The translations under genes were made by a program, and so were the position numbers. The notes beneath the pieces were generated by a model, which searched no databases, had not been told where the DNA came from, and worked only from the letters and a program-made list of their open reading frames with translations. Of a stretch of 64,000 bases of DNA, positions 8,431 to 18,971 are shown piece by piece. The DNA comes from Candidatus Omnitrophota bacterium (GTDB lineage: Bacteria; Omnitrophota; Gorgyraeia; JABMRG01; JAFGKX01), in contig JAZDPX010000017.1 in assembly GCA_043797125.1 (NCBI GenBank), positions 23,340-87,339 on the forward strand, in the 5' to 3' direction. Positions within the stretch are counted from its first letter, which is position 1, and every line of letters begins with the position of its first letter.

Positions 8431-11073
8431 ATGTCAAACAGGAAAAGAGCTGCTTTTAAAAAATTCATTTATTTTAATATTATAGTAGCTCTTTTTTTAT
8501 TTACCAGCCCTCTAAGCGCCGCGGAAAAACTCTCTATCGCTGGAAACGCAGGCTTGTTATCAATTGGCGCTGAGAGTTTTTTGCTCGATGACGGCCTGAA
8601 AGTAATCCTAAAAAAAGATTCCCGCACACCGACAATAGCATTGACGCTTTTAGTTGGAACAGGTTCAGCTACAGAAGGGGAGTATTCAGGCACGGGTATC
8701 ACGCATTTCATCGAGCATATGATTTTTAAAGGCACAGCAGATTACTCAGCTTTAGCTATAGAAAACCAATTTAAGGCTCTTGGAGCCGAAACAAATGCTT
8801 TTACCGGATATGATTATACATGTTTCAAACTGGAAGCGCCTGCTGCTTCATTAGGGCAACTGCTGCATTTACTATCTATTATAGTTTCATCGCCTTTGTT
8901 TCCTGAAGAAGAATTTCAACGCGAGAAGCAGGTGATTTTAAGAGAAATTGACATGGGTGACGATGACCCGGATAAGGTATTATATAAATTATTATCTCAA
9001 ACAATGTACGCGCAGCATCCATACAAAAATCCTGTAATAGGCTTTAGCGAACTTTTTCAGCAGCTCCAGATAGATGACCTGCGCAATTATTACAAAAAAT
9101 TTTATGTGCCCAATAATATGGTTATCTCTGTTGTCGGCGATATAGATACGCCTGTCGTGTTGCAGACGATTAAAGATACATTCGGGGCATTAAAAAGGTC
9201 TAAATTTAGTTGCCCTGTAGTCGCGCAGGAGCCCCACCAGCTTTCAAGCAGGCGGCTTTATAATAATTTTGATGTTTCGCGCCCGATGCTGTTGATAGGA
9301 TTTCATTCCGTGCCGATAAACAGCGATGAGCTGTACTCACTTGACGCCTTGGCCAACATATTGGGTTCCGGTAAAACTTCTCGCCTGTACAAGGCCCTGT
9401 ATGATGATAAAGCCCTTGTGCATTCCATAGTTTGTTATAATTACACGCCAAGAGACCCGGGGTTTTTTGTCATTTCCGCTATTTTACAGTCAAACTCCAT
9501 TAACAAGACGGTTGACGCCATAAAAGAAGAAATTGAAAAGATAAAACAATCGCTGCCGAAGCCAGGCGAGCTCGATAAGACAAAGGCGCAGGTATTAAGT
9601 TCATATCTAAACGGGTTAGAGACACAGCTCGGAAAAGCTGATGCATTGGCTACAAGTTTTGCTTTAACAGGAGACCTGGATTTTGCAGGAAAATACGTTA
9701 AAGGTATAGAATGCGTGACTGTTGACGATATATCAAAAGTCGCAAATAAATATCTTACTGAAGAAAATATGACAATTGCGGCCTTATTGCCTGAAAATTA
9801 TATTGACCAAGACCAGCCCTCTCAGCCAATAGAAGCAGAAAAGTTCAGCACCGTAAAAGAAACACTGAATAACGGGCTTGTGGTGCTTATAACCGAAAAT
9901 CACGCTATTCCTATGTGTTCAGCGGTTGTATCAATCAAAGGCGGCTTGCGCGCTGAAAACGAGGCAAATAACGGCATTTTAAATTTAGCGTCTTCCTTAT
10001 TATTAAAAGGCACTGCCCGGTACAATAAACAGCAAATAGCTGAACAGCTGGAATCAGAAGGCGCTGACCTTACGCCGTATTCCGGCAATAACAGCTTTGG
10101 CTTAAGCATGACCTTTATGAGCGAAGATTTAGAAAAGATGCTCACTCTTTTATCAGCCGTATTGTTACAGTTGTCATTTCCCGATAACGAGTTAGAGCTG
10201 CTAAGAAAAGATGCAATCGCTGAGCTAGACCTGCTAAATGACGATATTTTCCAGTATACAAATATACGGCTTAGAAAATTACTTTTCCAGAATCATCCAT
10301 ACGCATATATTTCTAGCGGAAATAAAGATGCGCTTGCAAACATTAAAAAAGATGGCATAGTTGAATTTTATAAAAAGCTGTGTGTCGCTAAAAATGCGGT
10401 GCTTTCTATCTGCGGAGACATAGACCCAAAGGCAGCCTTAGATATTATAAAAGGCAAATTCAACGATATGCCGCAAGGCGAAGCTTTTCAGCCCGACGTG
10501 TTTAGCGCAGATTCCCCGAAGCTGCCGTTAAAGCAAATAGAAAATGTTGATAAAAAGCAGGCCGTGGTAATGATAGGTTTTGAAGGCGCCAGCATGTATA
10601 ACAATGACCGGCATCCATTGCAGGTGCTTTCATCAATTTTTTCAGGCTCATCGGGCAGGTTGTATTCGCAGATAAGGCAAAAGGAAGGCCTCGCATATAC
10701 GCTTGGCACATTCGGGATGGTTGGCCTGGACAAGGGCATGTTTGTTTTTTATGCCGCGACAACGCCTGAAAACGCAGATAAGGTATCGAAAAGCATAGTT
10801 TCCCAAATTGAGCAGATAAAATCAGAAAAGCTTGAGGATGAAGAAATTTCCGCTGCAAAGAAAATACTTATCACCAAACAGCAGTTATCGCTGCAGACCA
10901 ACAGTTCCCTTGCCATGCAATTAGGGCTTGATGAATTGTACGGTTTAGGCTATGATTATTACAAGCAATATACAGAAAGAATAAATTCTGTCACAGAAAA
11001 GGACGTCAAGGCGGCATGTAAAAAGTATTTTAATTTAAGTAAGTCGGTAACGGTTATAACAAAACCGAAATAA
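8431..11073 (+). CDS. Secreted two-domain M16 (pitrilysin/PqqL-like) zinc metallopeptidase.
   Basis: Signal peptide. Inverted zinc motif 'HFIEHMIFKG' (HxxEH) in the first half; the second M16-like half is inactive. Confidence 0.75.
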   Translation: MSNRKRAAFKKFIYFNIIVALFLFTSPLSAAEKLSIAGNAGLLSIGAESFLLDDGLKVILKKDSRTPTIALTLLVGTGSATEGEYSGTGITHFIEHMIFKGTADYSALAIENQFKALGAETNAFTGYDYTCFKLEAPAASLGQLLHLLSIIVSSPLFPEEEFQREKQVILREIDMGDDDPDKVLYKLLSQTMYAQHPYKNPVIGFSELFQQLQIDDLRNYYKKFYVPNNMVISVVGDIDTPVVLQTIKDTFGALKRSKFSCPVVAQEPHQLSSRRLYNNFDVSRPMLLIGFHSVPINSDELYSLDALANILGSGKTSRLYKALYDDKALVHSIVCYNYTPRDPGFFVISAILQSNSINKTVDAIKEEIEKIKQSLPKPGELDKTKAQVLSSYLNGLETQLGKADALATSFALTGDLDFAGKYVKGIECVTVDDISKVANKYLTEENMTIAALLPENYIDQDQPSQPIEAEKFSTVKETLNNGLVVLITENHAIPMCSAVVSIKGGLRAENEANNGILNLASSLLLKGTARYNKQQIAEQLESEGADLTPYSGNNSFGLSMTFMSEDLEKMLTLLSAVLLQLSFPDNELELLRKDAIAELDLLNDDIFQYTNIRLRKLLFQNHPYAYISSGNKDALANIKKDGIVEFYKKLCVAKNAVLSICGDIDPKAALDIIKGKFNDMPQGEAFQPDVFSADSPKLPLKQIENVDKKQAVVMIGFEGASMYNNDRHPLQVLSSIFSGSSGRLYSQIRQKEGLAYTLGTFGMVGLDKGMFVFYAATTPENADKVSKSIVSQIEQIKSEKLEDEEISAAKKILITKQQLSLQTNSSLAMQLGLDELYGLGYDYYKQYTERINSVTEKDVKAACKKYFNLSKSVTVITKPK

Positions 11074-11942
11074 TGCACATGCGTAAAACACCCGATAACT
11101 TTTGCGGCTTGGATAAAAGGTATTCTGAATACGGCAAATCAAAGGCCGTTATTATGTCCATTCCCTATGAATTTACTACAACATATATCAAGGGGACAAG
11201 CAAGGCTCCTAAGGCGATAATAGAGGCGTCAAAGTATTTGGAGCTTTATGACGAAGAACTTGATCGGGTGATATCTGAAATAGGCATAGCCACGTTAGCG
11301 CCTTATAAGCCGCCCATTCAGCCTAAGGCCATGGTTAGCGGCGTAAAAAAGCATTGCCTTAAGGTTATAAATGACGGCAAGTTTCCTTTGGTTATCGGAG
11401 GCGAACATTCTATATCCGTTGGTTTTCTTTTAGCGTTAAAGGAAAAATACCCTGATATTACAGTCTTGCAGTTTGACGCTCACGCTGACCTGAAAGACAA
11501 ATACAAGGGCTCAGAGTATAATCACGGTTGTGTAATGGCCAGGATCAGGCAGCATTGCGATGCTGTCCAGGTAGGCATAAGGAGCTTGTCAGTCGAGGAG
11601 GCCGAATCTATCAGGGCAAAAAAGTACAAGATACTGTGGGCGATTGATAAGCTTAACATTAACAATTGGGTAAATGAAATTTTAGACTCACTCGGTAAAA
11701 ATGTTTTTATAACTTTCGACCTTGACGTGTTTGACCCGAGCCTGATCCCGTCATTAGGCACTCCGGAGCCGGGGGGCTTAAGCTGGGAAGATGTTTTATT
11801 TATAACAAAGGCTGTTTTTAAGCAAAAGAATGTTGTGGGGTTTGATGTTGTCGAGTTATGTCCGAATCCGGCTAATAAGTCTTCGGATTATATAACCGCA
11901 AAATTAATCTATAAAATGCTTGGATATAAATTTTTCAAATGA
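11073..11942 (+). CDS. speB: Arginase-family hydrolase, probably agmatinase.
   Basis: Mn-binding motifs 'GGEHS', 'DAHAD' and 'DLDVFDP'. Sits next to pdaD. Confidence 0.65.
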   Translation: MHMRKTPDNFCGLDKRYSEYGKSKAVIMSIPYEFTTTYIKGTSKAPKAIIEASKYLELYDEELDRVISEIGIATLAPYKPPIQPKAMVSGVKKHCLKVINDGKFPLVIGGEHSISVGFLLALKEKYPDITVLQFDAHADLKDKYKGSEYNHGCVMARIRQHCDAVQVGIRSLSVEEAESIRAKKYKILWAIDKLNINNWVNEILDSLGKNVFITFDLDVFDPSLIPSLGTPEPGGLSWEDVLFITKAVFKQKNVVGFDVVELCPNPANKSSDYITAKLIYKMLGYKFFK

Positions 11943-12481
11943 TACCGTCAAAAATATTTCTTACAAAAGGATTAGGAGTTCACAAGGACAAATTGGCTTC
12001 TTTTGAGGCAGCCTTGCGAAGCGCAGGAATTCACAGGTGTAACTTAGTCTGCGTATCGAGTATCTTTCCGCCCAATTGCAAGACTATAAGCAGGGAAGAA
12101 GGACTAAAACTCCTTAGGCCGGGGGAGATCACCTACATAGTCTTGTCTAAAAACGAAACCTGCGAGCCAAACAGGTTAATTTCCGCGGCCATAGGTTTCG
12201 CAAAGACAAGCGACCCGAATCTATACGGCTATATTTCTGAACACCACGCGTACGGAGAAGTTGCTAAAAAATCCGGCGAGTATGCCGAAGACCTGGCTGC
12301 GACAATGTTGGCTACTACTCTCGGAGTGCAATTTAATCCTGACACTGCATGGGATGAAAGAAAACAAGAATATATCGCCAGCGGTTATATAACAAGGACC
12401 ACAAATATCTGCCAGTCTACAGAGGGGAACAAAGATGGGCTGTGGACAACGGTGCTTGCCGCCGCTGTTTTTATAGAATAA
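11939..12481 (+). CDS. pdaD: Pyruvoyl-dependent arginine decarboxylase.
   Basis: About 180 aa. Ser-Ser self-cleavage site 'VCVSSIFPP'. Overall PdaD pattern. Confidence 0.65.
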   Translation: MIPSKIFLTKGLGVHKDKLASFEAALRSAGIHRCNLVCVSSIFPPNCKTISREEGLKLLRPGEITYIVLSKNETCEPNRLISAAIGFAKTSDPNLYGYISEHHAYGEVAKKSGEYAEDLAATMLATTLGVQFNPDTAWDERKQEYIASGYITRTTNICQSTEGNKDGLWTTVLAAAVFIE

Positions 12482-12494
12482 CTTTAAGGACAAA

Positions 12495-13304
12495 ATGATA
12501 CGCCTGCCTCAAGTAGCCGGGCAATTTTATCCCGGCACAGAATCATCCTTAAGGCAAGAGGTGCAGCGTTTATTAACCATCGGCGCAAGCCCTGCCAAGG
12601 AAAAGGCATTGGGTATCATAGCGCCTCACGCCGGCTTTATGTATTCAGGCGCTGTAGCAGGACATGTTTATTCCGCGATACAGGTTCCCGGCACGATATT
12701 TATTTTGGGCCCTAACCATACAGGTATCGGTAAAAGATTTTCGTTGCATAAACAAGGCCATTGGCGCACGCCTCTCGGCGATGTTGAAGTTGACAGCGAA
12801 ATCGCCCAGCAATTACTTAAAAGCTGCAAGTACTTAGACGATGATACGGCTGCGCACACATATGAACACTGCCTTGAAACCCAGCTTCCGTTTTTGCAGT
12901 ATATAAAAAGCGATTTCAAGATAGTTCCCATTGTTTTATCCGCTTATAATAGCGATGCGTACCGAAGCTTAGGCGAGGCAATTGCCTCTGTTGCCAAAAA
13001 TTTAAAAAAGGATTTTTTAATTATAGCAAGCAGCGACATGTCGCATTACGAGGGACAAAAAGATGCGCAGAAAAAAGATAAAAAGGCTATAGACGCAATA
13101 TTAAAATTGGATGAACTGCAGCTTATTAACTGCGTTGAAGGCTTAAATATAACGATGTGCGGCTATATACCTGCGGCAATTATGCTTATAGCCGCAAAGC
13201 TTCTGGGCGCAAAAGAGGCACGCCTTGTTAAATATCAAACAAGCGCTGATGTAACGGGAGATTATAACGCAGTAGTAGGATACGCGGGAGTGATTATAAC
13301 ATGA
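12495..13304 (+). CDS. MEMO1 / AmmeMemoRadiSam system protein B family.
   Basis: 'HAGFMYSG', 'GPNH' and 'SSDMSHY' motifs. Confidence 0.65.
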   Translation: MIRLPQVAGQFYPGTESSLRQEVQRLLTIGASPAKEKALGIIAPHAGFMYSGAVAGHVYSAIQVPGTIFILGPNHTGIGKRFSLHKQGHWRTPLGDVEVDSEIAQQLLKSCKYLDDDTAAHTYEHCLETQLPFLQYIKSDFKIVPIVLSAYNSDAYRSLGEAIASVAKNLKKDFLIIASSDMSHYEGQKDAQKKDKKAIDAILKLDELQLINCVEGLNITMCGYIPAAIMLIAAKLLGAKEARLVKYQTSADVTGDYNAVVGYAGVIIT

Positions 13305-14095
13305 TAAAACCACCTGATAGAAAGATTACGCTGGTATTGGGCGGCGGTTCAGCAAGGGGTCTGGCGCATATAGGCCTCTTGAAGGTGCTGGACAGGGAAA
13401 AAATTCCTATAGACTTAATCGTCGGCACAAGCATCGGCGCTTTAGTCGGCGCGACATACGCGCTTGGACTTGACCTTGCAAAAACAGAAAAGATAGCGCT
13501 AAGGACCAAGTGGTGGCATATAACAGATTTCGTTACATCCAAGATAGGCCTGCTTAAAGGCAATAACCTTGCTAATGTAATAAATGAAGCCGTAGAAAAT
13601 AAAAATTTTGAAGATGCAAAAATTCCATTAGCAGTAGTTACAACAGATATCGAAAGAGGCGACCGCGTTGTGCTCACATCGGGCAATTTGACAGACGCGA
13701 TAAGGGCTAGCTGCTCCCTGCCCGGGATATTCGTACCTATAAGGATAAACGACAGGTTGCTTGTCGACGGCGGGCTTATGGAATCCGTCCCTGTAAAGGC
13801 CGCGCAGCAGCTGGGCGCTACTTTCACTATAGCCTGCGATGTAGGATTTTGCGTAAAAAAAGAAAAGATTACAAACCTGTTCCAGATGATATTTCAATCT
13901 ATACAAATAGCGGGAAACGAGCTTAACAAGCTTCAGGCAAAGCCCGCTGATATAACAATTATGCCTAAACTGCCTAATGATATAGACCAGATGGCTTTTG
14001 ATAAGGCGGAATTGATTATTTATAAAGGTGAAGATGCGGCAGAGCAGGCAATCCCGTTAATTAGAAACAAACTGCAAGAGGCTGGGCTTATATGA
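13301..14095 (+). CDS. Patatin-like phospholipase.
   Basis: 'GGGSARG', GxSxG 'GTSIGA' and 'DGG' motifs. Confidence 0.8.
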   Translation: MIKPPDRKITLVLGGGSARGLAHIGLLKVLDREKIPIDLIVGTSIGALVGATYALGLDLAKTEKIALRTKWWHITDFVTSKIGLLKGNNLANVINEAVENKNFEDAKIPLAVVTTDIERGDRVVLTSGNLTDAIRASCSLPGIFVPIRINDRLLVDGGLMESVPVKAAQQLGATFTIACDVGFCVKKEKITNLFQMIFQSIQIAGNELNKLQAKPADITIMPKLPNDIDQMAFDKAELIIYKGEDAAEQAIPLIRNKLQEAGLI

Positions 14096-15126
14096 ACTTT
14101 CTAACCTTATTTCTTATCGTAATGTCGGTTATTATTGTCGCTCTGCTTGTGTTTTTGATTTATAAGCTTCGTGCCAATAAAGGCAAAGGGCCTATTAGTG
14201 AGGAGTTTTTGACAAGCATATCGGATTTTGGCGCGTTAAAGACTTTGTTAGCTTCAGTAGAAACAAACCAAAAACTTCATAGTCAGCTCATATATGAGTT
14301 AAAAGGCCTTGTGTCAAGCGACTCAAAGACACAAGGCCGCTTGCAGGAACATATGGAGCAGGCTTTAAAAGGAATAGATAATCTACGCCAATCCAACGAG
14401 GCATTCCAGCAGAGAGAGCGTGAAAACAGGGAATCTCTAAGAAGGATGGAAACTGTCATAGCTGGGACAAAATTAAAAGGCATGGCAGGTGAAAATATTT
14501 TAAAAGAGGTCTTGAGCTCATTCCCTCCGAAAATGGTGCAGCCAAACATAAAGATTAAGGGAAAAGAAGTCGAGTTCGGGCTTATACTTGCGAACAACAA
14601 AATAATGCCCATCGATTCAAAGTGGCCGTCAACAGAGCTTCTTGACGAATTTTCGAAAGAAGAGGACCATGTTCAAAAGGAAAGGCTATCTAATCAGATA
14701 CAAAAAGAGGTTATACGGCGCGTAACCGAGATAAGGCAATACATAGACCCCGAGACAACAACGCCGTGGGCTATAGCCGCCATACCGGATTCCGCTTATA
14801 TGATTTGCAAAAGCGCGCATTTTGACGCGTATAAGCAAAATGTCATATTAATTTCATACAGCATGATAGCTCCGTATCTGTTAATGTTTTTCAGCCTGCA
14901 CCTTCAGTACAGCGGCACGGTTGACCTTGATAACCTGACCCATTACATACTTGATATAAAAAGGCAGATTGAGAAGATGTCGGAAATACTGGAAAACAAG
15001 ATATACCGCGCTTCAACAATGATTATAAACGCTTCAGACGAATACCGTCAATTATTAGGCTCCGTAAAGGGGTCTTTATCGGCGCTACAGACCCAAGGCG
15101 CATTAAAAGAAAATAATGTAAAATAG
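14092..15126 (+). CDS. rmuC: RmuC-family DNA recombination protein.
   Basis: N-terminal TM, coiled coil, and a RmuC-like 'VEFGLILANNKIMPIDSKWP' segment. Confidence 0.6.
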   Translation: MNFLTLFLIVMSVIIVALLVFLIYKLRANKGKGPISEEFLTSISDFGALKTLLASVETNQKLHSQLIYELKGLVSSDSKTQGRLQEHMEQALKGIDNLRQSNEAFQQRERENRESLRRMETVIAGTKLKGMAGENILKEVLSSFPPKMVQPNIKIKGKEVEFGLILANNKIMPIDSKWPSTELLDEFSKEEDHVQKERLSNQIQKEVIRRVTEIRQYIDPETTTPWAIAAIPDSAYMICKSAHFDAYKQNVILISYSMIAPYLLMFFSLHLQYSGTVDLDNLTHYILDIKRQIEKMSEILENKIYRASTMIINASDEYRQLLGSVKGSLSALQTQGALKENNVK

Positions 15127-15139
15127 CATGCTTGATATT

Positions 15140-15240
15140 TATGTATACACAGATTAGCACAGATGAAAGGATACAAGATGATCACAGATATAAAATCTGT
15201 GCTAATCTGTATCTTCTAATCTGCGATCATCTGTGTAAAA
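15140..15240. repeat. ~100-nt dispersed palindromic element 'TGTATACACAGATTAGCACAGAT...', copy 1.
   Basis: Near-identical to 62636-62730. Internal inverted repeat ACAGATTAGCACAGAT paired with ATCTGTGCTAATCTGT. Confidence 0.6.
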
Positions 15241-15267
15241 ACAAGATTTTTAGCACATTGAAAGAAA

Positions 15268-16245
15268 ATGAAAAATAAGATTTATTTGTTTTTGCGCGTT
15301 TTAGTAAGCCTGACGCTAGTCTTTATTTTGTTGTGGATGATGAGGGGCAATCTCGGGCATGTAGTCTCGACGATAAAAAACGCCGATCTGGCTTTACTTG
15401 TTTTTTCTTTCTTAATTTACGTTCTCACAATTGTCCTGATGGGAGTGCGCCTAAGAATGGTCCTGTTGGTTCAAAAAATCAATCTCACCTTAAAAGAGGT
15501 GGTATATCTTTGCTTTTTAGGGCTTTTTTTCAATAATTTTCTTCCCACGACTTTTGGAGGCGATTTAGTGAAGGCGTATTATGCCGGCAAAAAGTGCAAC
15601 AGAAAAAGCGCTGCTTTCACCGGCGTATTGATGGACAGAATACTTGCGATGCTCCCGTTTACATTTTTGCCGGTTTGCGCGCTTATCTTCACTCGCGATA
15701 AGATTGAAAATCCTGTAATTATGTACTTTATTTTAGCCGTTTTTGCGATTACTATATTCGTATTGCTGCTGCTTTTTAATAGACGCGTCGCTTCATTTTT
15801 TAAATTTTTAATCAAACCCTTCACAGGAAAACCTGTTTATCAAAAGATAATAAAGATATACGATTCCTTAAATGTTTACAGGCATCACAAGATTATTTTA
15901 GCATGGACGTTTTTAATATCTTTATCGAGCCAGGCCTTGTTTATAGTTTCGGTTTTTATATCTGCCAAGGCTATAGGAATTAATTCCATACCTTGCGGCG
16001 TATTTTTTCTGCTAGTTCCGATAGTAAGCGTTATGGGCATGCTGCCGTCTGTTAACGGGCTCGGAATACGCGAGGCGGGCTTTGTATACATGTTTAAGAG
16101 TTATGTTTCGACCAGCGTAGCTTTCGCCTTATCAATTTTGGCTTTGGCAATGCTGATCGGCGTAAGCATAATAGGGGCATTTATATATGCCTTTAAGAAA
16201 AACTTATACAGCTTCAAACCTGAAAACGAAGGAGACCTGTTATGA
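15268..16245 (+). CDS. Polytopic membrane protein, UPF0104 / flippase-like (LPG-synthase TM-domain-like) family.
   Basis: About 8 TM helices and a 'GGDLVKAYY' motif. Confidence 0.4.
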   Translation: MKNKIYLFLRVLVSLTLVFILLWMMRGNLGHVVSTIKNADLALLVFSFLIYVLTIVLMGVRLRMVLLVQKINLTLKEVVYLCFLGLFFNNFLPTTFGGDLVKAYYAGKKCNRKSAAFTGVLMDRILAMLPFTFLPVCALIFTRDKIENPVIMYFILAVFAITIFVLLLLFNRRVASFFKFLIKPFTGKPVYQKIIKIYDSLNVYRHHKIILAWTFLISLSSQALFIVSVFISAKAIGINSIPCGVFFLLVPIVSVMGMLPSVNGLGIREAGFVYMFKSYVSTSVAFALSILALAMLIGVSIIGAFIYAFKKNLYSFKPENEGDLL

Positions 16246-16409
16246 TTGACAAAGAACTTCTTAATATACTTGCGTGCCCCGCATGCAAGGCTGATGTAAA
16301 ACTTGAGAACGAAAAAATTGTCTGCACAAAATGCAAACTGCGTTATCCGATAAAAGACGGAATTCCTATCATGCTTATTGATGAAGCTGAAGGAGGTAAG
16401 GATAGTTAA
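16242..16409 (+). CDS. Trm112/YcaR-like small zinc-ribbon protein (UPF0434). It is 55 aa and missing from the ORF track.
   Basis: 'LLNILACPACKADV...CTKCKLRYPIKDGIPIMLIDEA'. ATGA start/stop overlap with the upstream gene. Confidence 0.65.
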   Translation: MIDKELLNILACPACKADVKLENEKIVCTKCKLRYPIKDGIPIMLIDEAEGGKDS

Positions 16410-16449
16410 TAGTCGATAGTCTATGGTCTATAGTCGATGGTCTATAGGC
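16410..16449. repeat. Short imperfect direct repeats (AGTCGATRGTCTATRG units).
   Basis: 'TAGTCGATAGTCTATGGTCTATAGTCGATGGTCTATAGG', upstream of aroQ. Confidence 0.4.
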
Positions 16450-16465
16450 ATTAGGAGAAGATAAA

Positions 16466-16906
16466 ATGAAGAAAATTTTAGTGATACATGGACCGAATTT
16501 AAATTTATTAGGCACGCGCGAAACTTCTGTATATGGAAATAGGACCCTTGATGATATTAACGATATGCTTAAAGACGAAGCTAAAGTGTCCGGCGTCGAG
16601 CTTGAAACATTTCAGTCAAACCATGAGGGTGAAATCGTACAAAAAATCCAGGACGCCAGAAAGAGCGAAATAGCGGCAATATTAATAAATCCAGCCGGTT
16701 ATACGCATACAAGCGTAGCCATAAGAGATGCCATAAGCGCAGTTTCAATACCCGTAATAGAAATCCATTTATCCAACATATATGCGCGCGAGGATTTCAG
16801 AAGAACTTCGCTTATATCGCCGGTATGCGTAGGCGTAATAAGCGGTTTCGGCCACCAGAGTTACCTTTTTGCCCTAAAGGCTGCCTGCGAATTAGCCAGA
16901 TTATGA
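16466..16906 (+). CDS. aroQ: Type II 3-dehydroquinate dehydratase.
   Basis: '[18 protein letters not shown]' signature. Confidence 0.85.
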   Translation: MKKILVIHGPNLNLLGTRETSVYGNRTLDDINDMLKDEAKVSGVELETFQSNHEGEIVQKIQDARKSEIAAILINPAGYTHTSVAIRDAISAVSIPVIEIHLSNIYAREDFRRTSLISPVCVGVISGFGHQSYLFALKAACELARL

Positions 16907-17949
16907 CCGCCTCAATTAAAAGTGTGTGCCAAAGATTAAAGAATGATAAGCTGGATGCGTTTTTTATTTCATCCCCGGATAATGTTTCGTATTTAAGCGG
17001 CTTTAAAGGTAAGGATTCCTTTTTGCTTATCACGCACAGCAAGGACCTTTTCTTTATTACCGACCCGCGCTACAGCCACCAGGCTCAAAAAGAGCTAAAA
17101 GGCTTTGAAATTTTTTCCGAGAACCTACCAGTAGCTCGCAAGATTAAAAGCATAGTCAAAAGGTTTAATATTAGGAAGATCGGGTTTGAAGCATCGCATT
17201 TATCCTATAATAACGTAAAGAAACTGCAAGCTGCTTTTAAATCAAGCTGCAGGCTTTTGCCTTTAACCGACATAATTGAAAACTTAAGAATAATCAAGAC
17301 AAAAGATGAGATAACTTCAATTAGAAAAGCTATCTCCATAACAAAAACAGCTATCAAAAAGGCGCTAGATTACATAAGGCCTGGTATGACAGAGGCGCAG
17401 ATTGCGGCATTCCTGGAATATCAGATGAAAAAATCTGGAGCGCAAGGAGAAGCGTTTCCCACAATAGTCGCCTCAGGCGCAAATTCATGCATGCCTCATG
17501 CCGTTGTATCACACAGGAAAATAGCGCTGCATGAGCCGATTATTATCGACTGCGGATGCTGTTACAACGGTTATAATTCTGACTTGACAAGAACAGTCTT
17601 CTTGGGTAGAATAGACGCTCAATTTAAGTCTATGTATAATATAGTCAGAGACGCGCAGCTTAAGGCTATATCAAAAATCAGGCCTGGGTTAAAGGCATCA
17701 GCCATAGATAGAGCTGCAAAAGATTATATAATACAAAAAGGTTACGCTAAATTCATCACGCATTCATTAGGCCACGGCGTCGGCCTGCAGGTACACGAGG
17801 CGCCTAAAATTTCAGAAAAAAATAATTTATATTTGCGTCCCGGTATGGTTTTTACAATAGAGCCTGGCATATATGTTCCAGGCGCAGGCGGCGTAAGAAT
17901 AGAAGACATGGTTTTAGTTACAGATAAATCCCACAAGGTCCTTAGCTAA
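16903..17949 (+). CDS. pepP: M24 Xaa-Pro aminopeptidase.
   Basis: '[15 protein letters not shown]', and 'EPGIY' near the C-terminus. I chose the ATGA-overlapping start at 16903; the track's upstream extension overlaps aroQ. Confidence 0.75.
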   Translation: MTASIKSVCQRLKNDKLDAFFISSPDNVSYLSGFKGKDSFLLITHSKDLFFITDPRYSHQAQKELKGFEIFSENLPVARKIKSIVKRFNIRKIGFEASHLSYNNVKKLQAAFKSSCRLLPLTDIIENLRIIKTKDEITSIRKAISITKTAIKKALDYIRPGMTEAQIAAFLEYQMKKSGAQGEAFPTIVASGANSCMPHAVVSHRKIALHEPIIIDCGCCYNGYNSDLTRTVFLGRIDAQFKSMYNIVRDAQLKAISKIRPGLKASAIDRAAKDYIIQKGYAKFITHSLGHGVGLQVHEAPKISEKNNLYLRPGMVFTIEPGIYVPGAGGVRIEDMVLVTDKSHKVLS

Positions 17950-18506
17950 TGATAAGCACAAATCAATTCAGGCACGGATTGGCGTTCTTATACGAAGGCA
18001 AGATCTACCAGATTGTCGAATTCCAGCACATAAAACCAGGCAAAGGCGGCGCCTTTGTCAGGACAAAATTAAGAAATGTAGAAAACGGCGCTATTGTAAG
18101 CAGGACATTCGATCCTAATGACAGATTTGAGCCCGCGAATATTATGCAGCATAAGGTTCAATATCTTTACCATTCGGCAGATTCCTATTTTTTTATGGAC
18201 ACTGCAAGTTTCGAGCAAATTACTATCGAGAAAGATTTGCTGGGCGATGCGGTCAGGTTCTTAAAAGACGGCATAGAGATATTAGCTTCTTTTTGCCAGG
18301 AAAAACTTATTGGAATTGAATTACCGATAACCGTCGAAATGAAAGTTGTGCAGACCGAGCCAGGGGTGCGAGGCGACACTGCCCGCGCTGCTTATAAACC
18401 CGCGACATTGGAATCAGGCGCTGTAGTACAGGTGCCTTTGTTTATAAAGACAGACGACACAATTAAAGTAGATACGAGAACGGGCGAATACACCGGAAGA
18501 GTTTAG
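17949..18506 (+). CDS. efp: Elongation factor P.
   Basis: 'KPGKGGAFVRTKLRN' motif. Confidence 0.85.
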   Translation: MISTNQFRHGLAFLYEGKIYQIVEFQHIKPGKGGAFVRTKLRNVENGAIVSRTFDPNDRFEPANIMQHKVQYLYHSADSYFFMDTASFEQITIEKDLLGDAVRFLKDGIEILASFCQEKLIGIELPITVEMKVVQTEPGVRGDTARAAYKPATLESGAVVQVPLFIKTDDTIKVDTRTGEYTGRV

Positions 18507-18515
18507 GGGGCAAAC

Positions 18516-18971
18516 ATGAATTTAAAAGAAATCAAAGAAATGATAACCCTGATGAATGAAAATGACTTAAACGAGATTGAGATTGAAAGGGACGGGTTGA
18601 AGATAAAGCTTAAAAAAACGCATGAACACACCTCAGAAGTGATAATGGAGCGGGTCATGCCGTCTCAAACAAGGCAGCCTCAAGCGCCTGTTGGAATTGA
18701 GAATGCCGCAAAAGAGGCTGCGGAAAAGCGTTTAGTCGAGATTAAAGCCCCAATAGTAGGCACATTTTACAGGGCGTCTTCGCCTGAAGCAGAAGCGTTT
18801 GTTGAGATTGGCCAGGAAATCGAGGTCGGCCAGGTCGTATGCATTATCGAGGCTATGAAACTGATGAATGAAATAAAGTCTGAGGTAAGAGGTAAAATCA
18901 TTGATATCCTGGCTGAAAACGCTGACCCGGTTGAATACGGGCAGATATTATTCCTAATTGAGCCGTATTAA
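18516..18971 (+). CDS. accB: Biotin carboxyl carrier protein of acetyl-CoA carboxylase.
   Basis: Biotinyl-lysine motif '[10 protein letters not shown]'. Confidence 0.85.
   Translation: MNLKEIKEMITLMNENDLNEIEIERDGLKIKLKKTHEHTSEVIMERVMPSQTRQPQAPVGIENAAKEAAEKRLVEIKAPIVGTFYRASSPEAEAFVEIGQEIEVGQVVCIIEAMKLMNEIKSEVRGKIIDILAENADPVEYGQILFLIEPY

Noticed and set aside
13294-13906. Minus-strand ORFs 13294-13827 and 13628-13906, antisense to the patatin gene.
   Set aside because: The patatin motifs GGGxRG, GxSxG and DGG are all present on the + strand. The antisense frames have no motifs.
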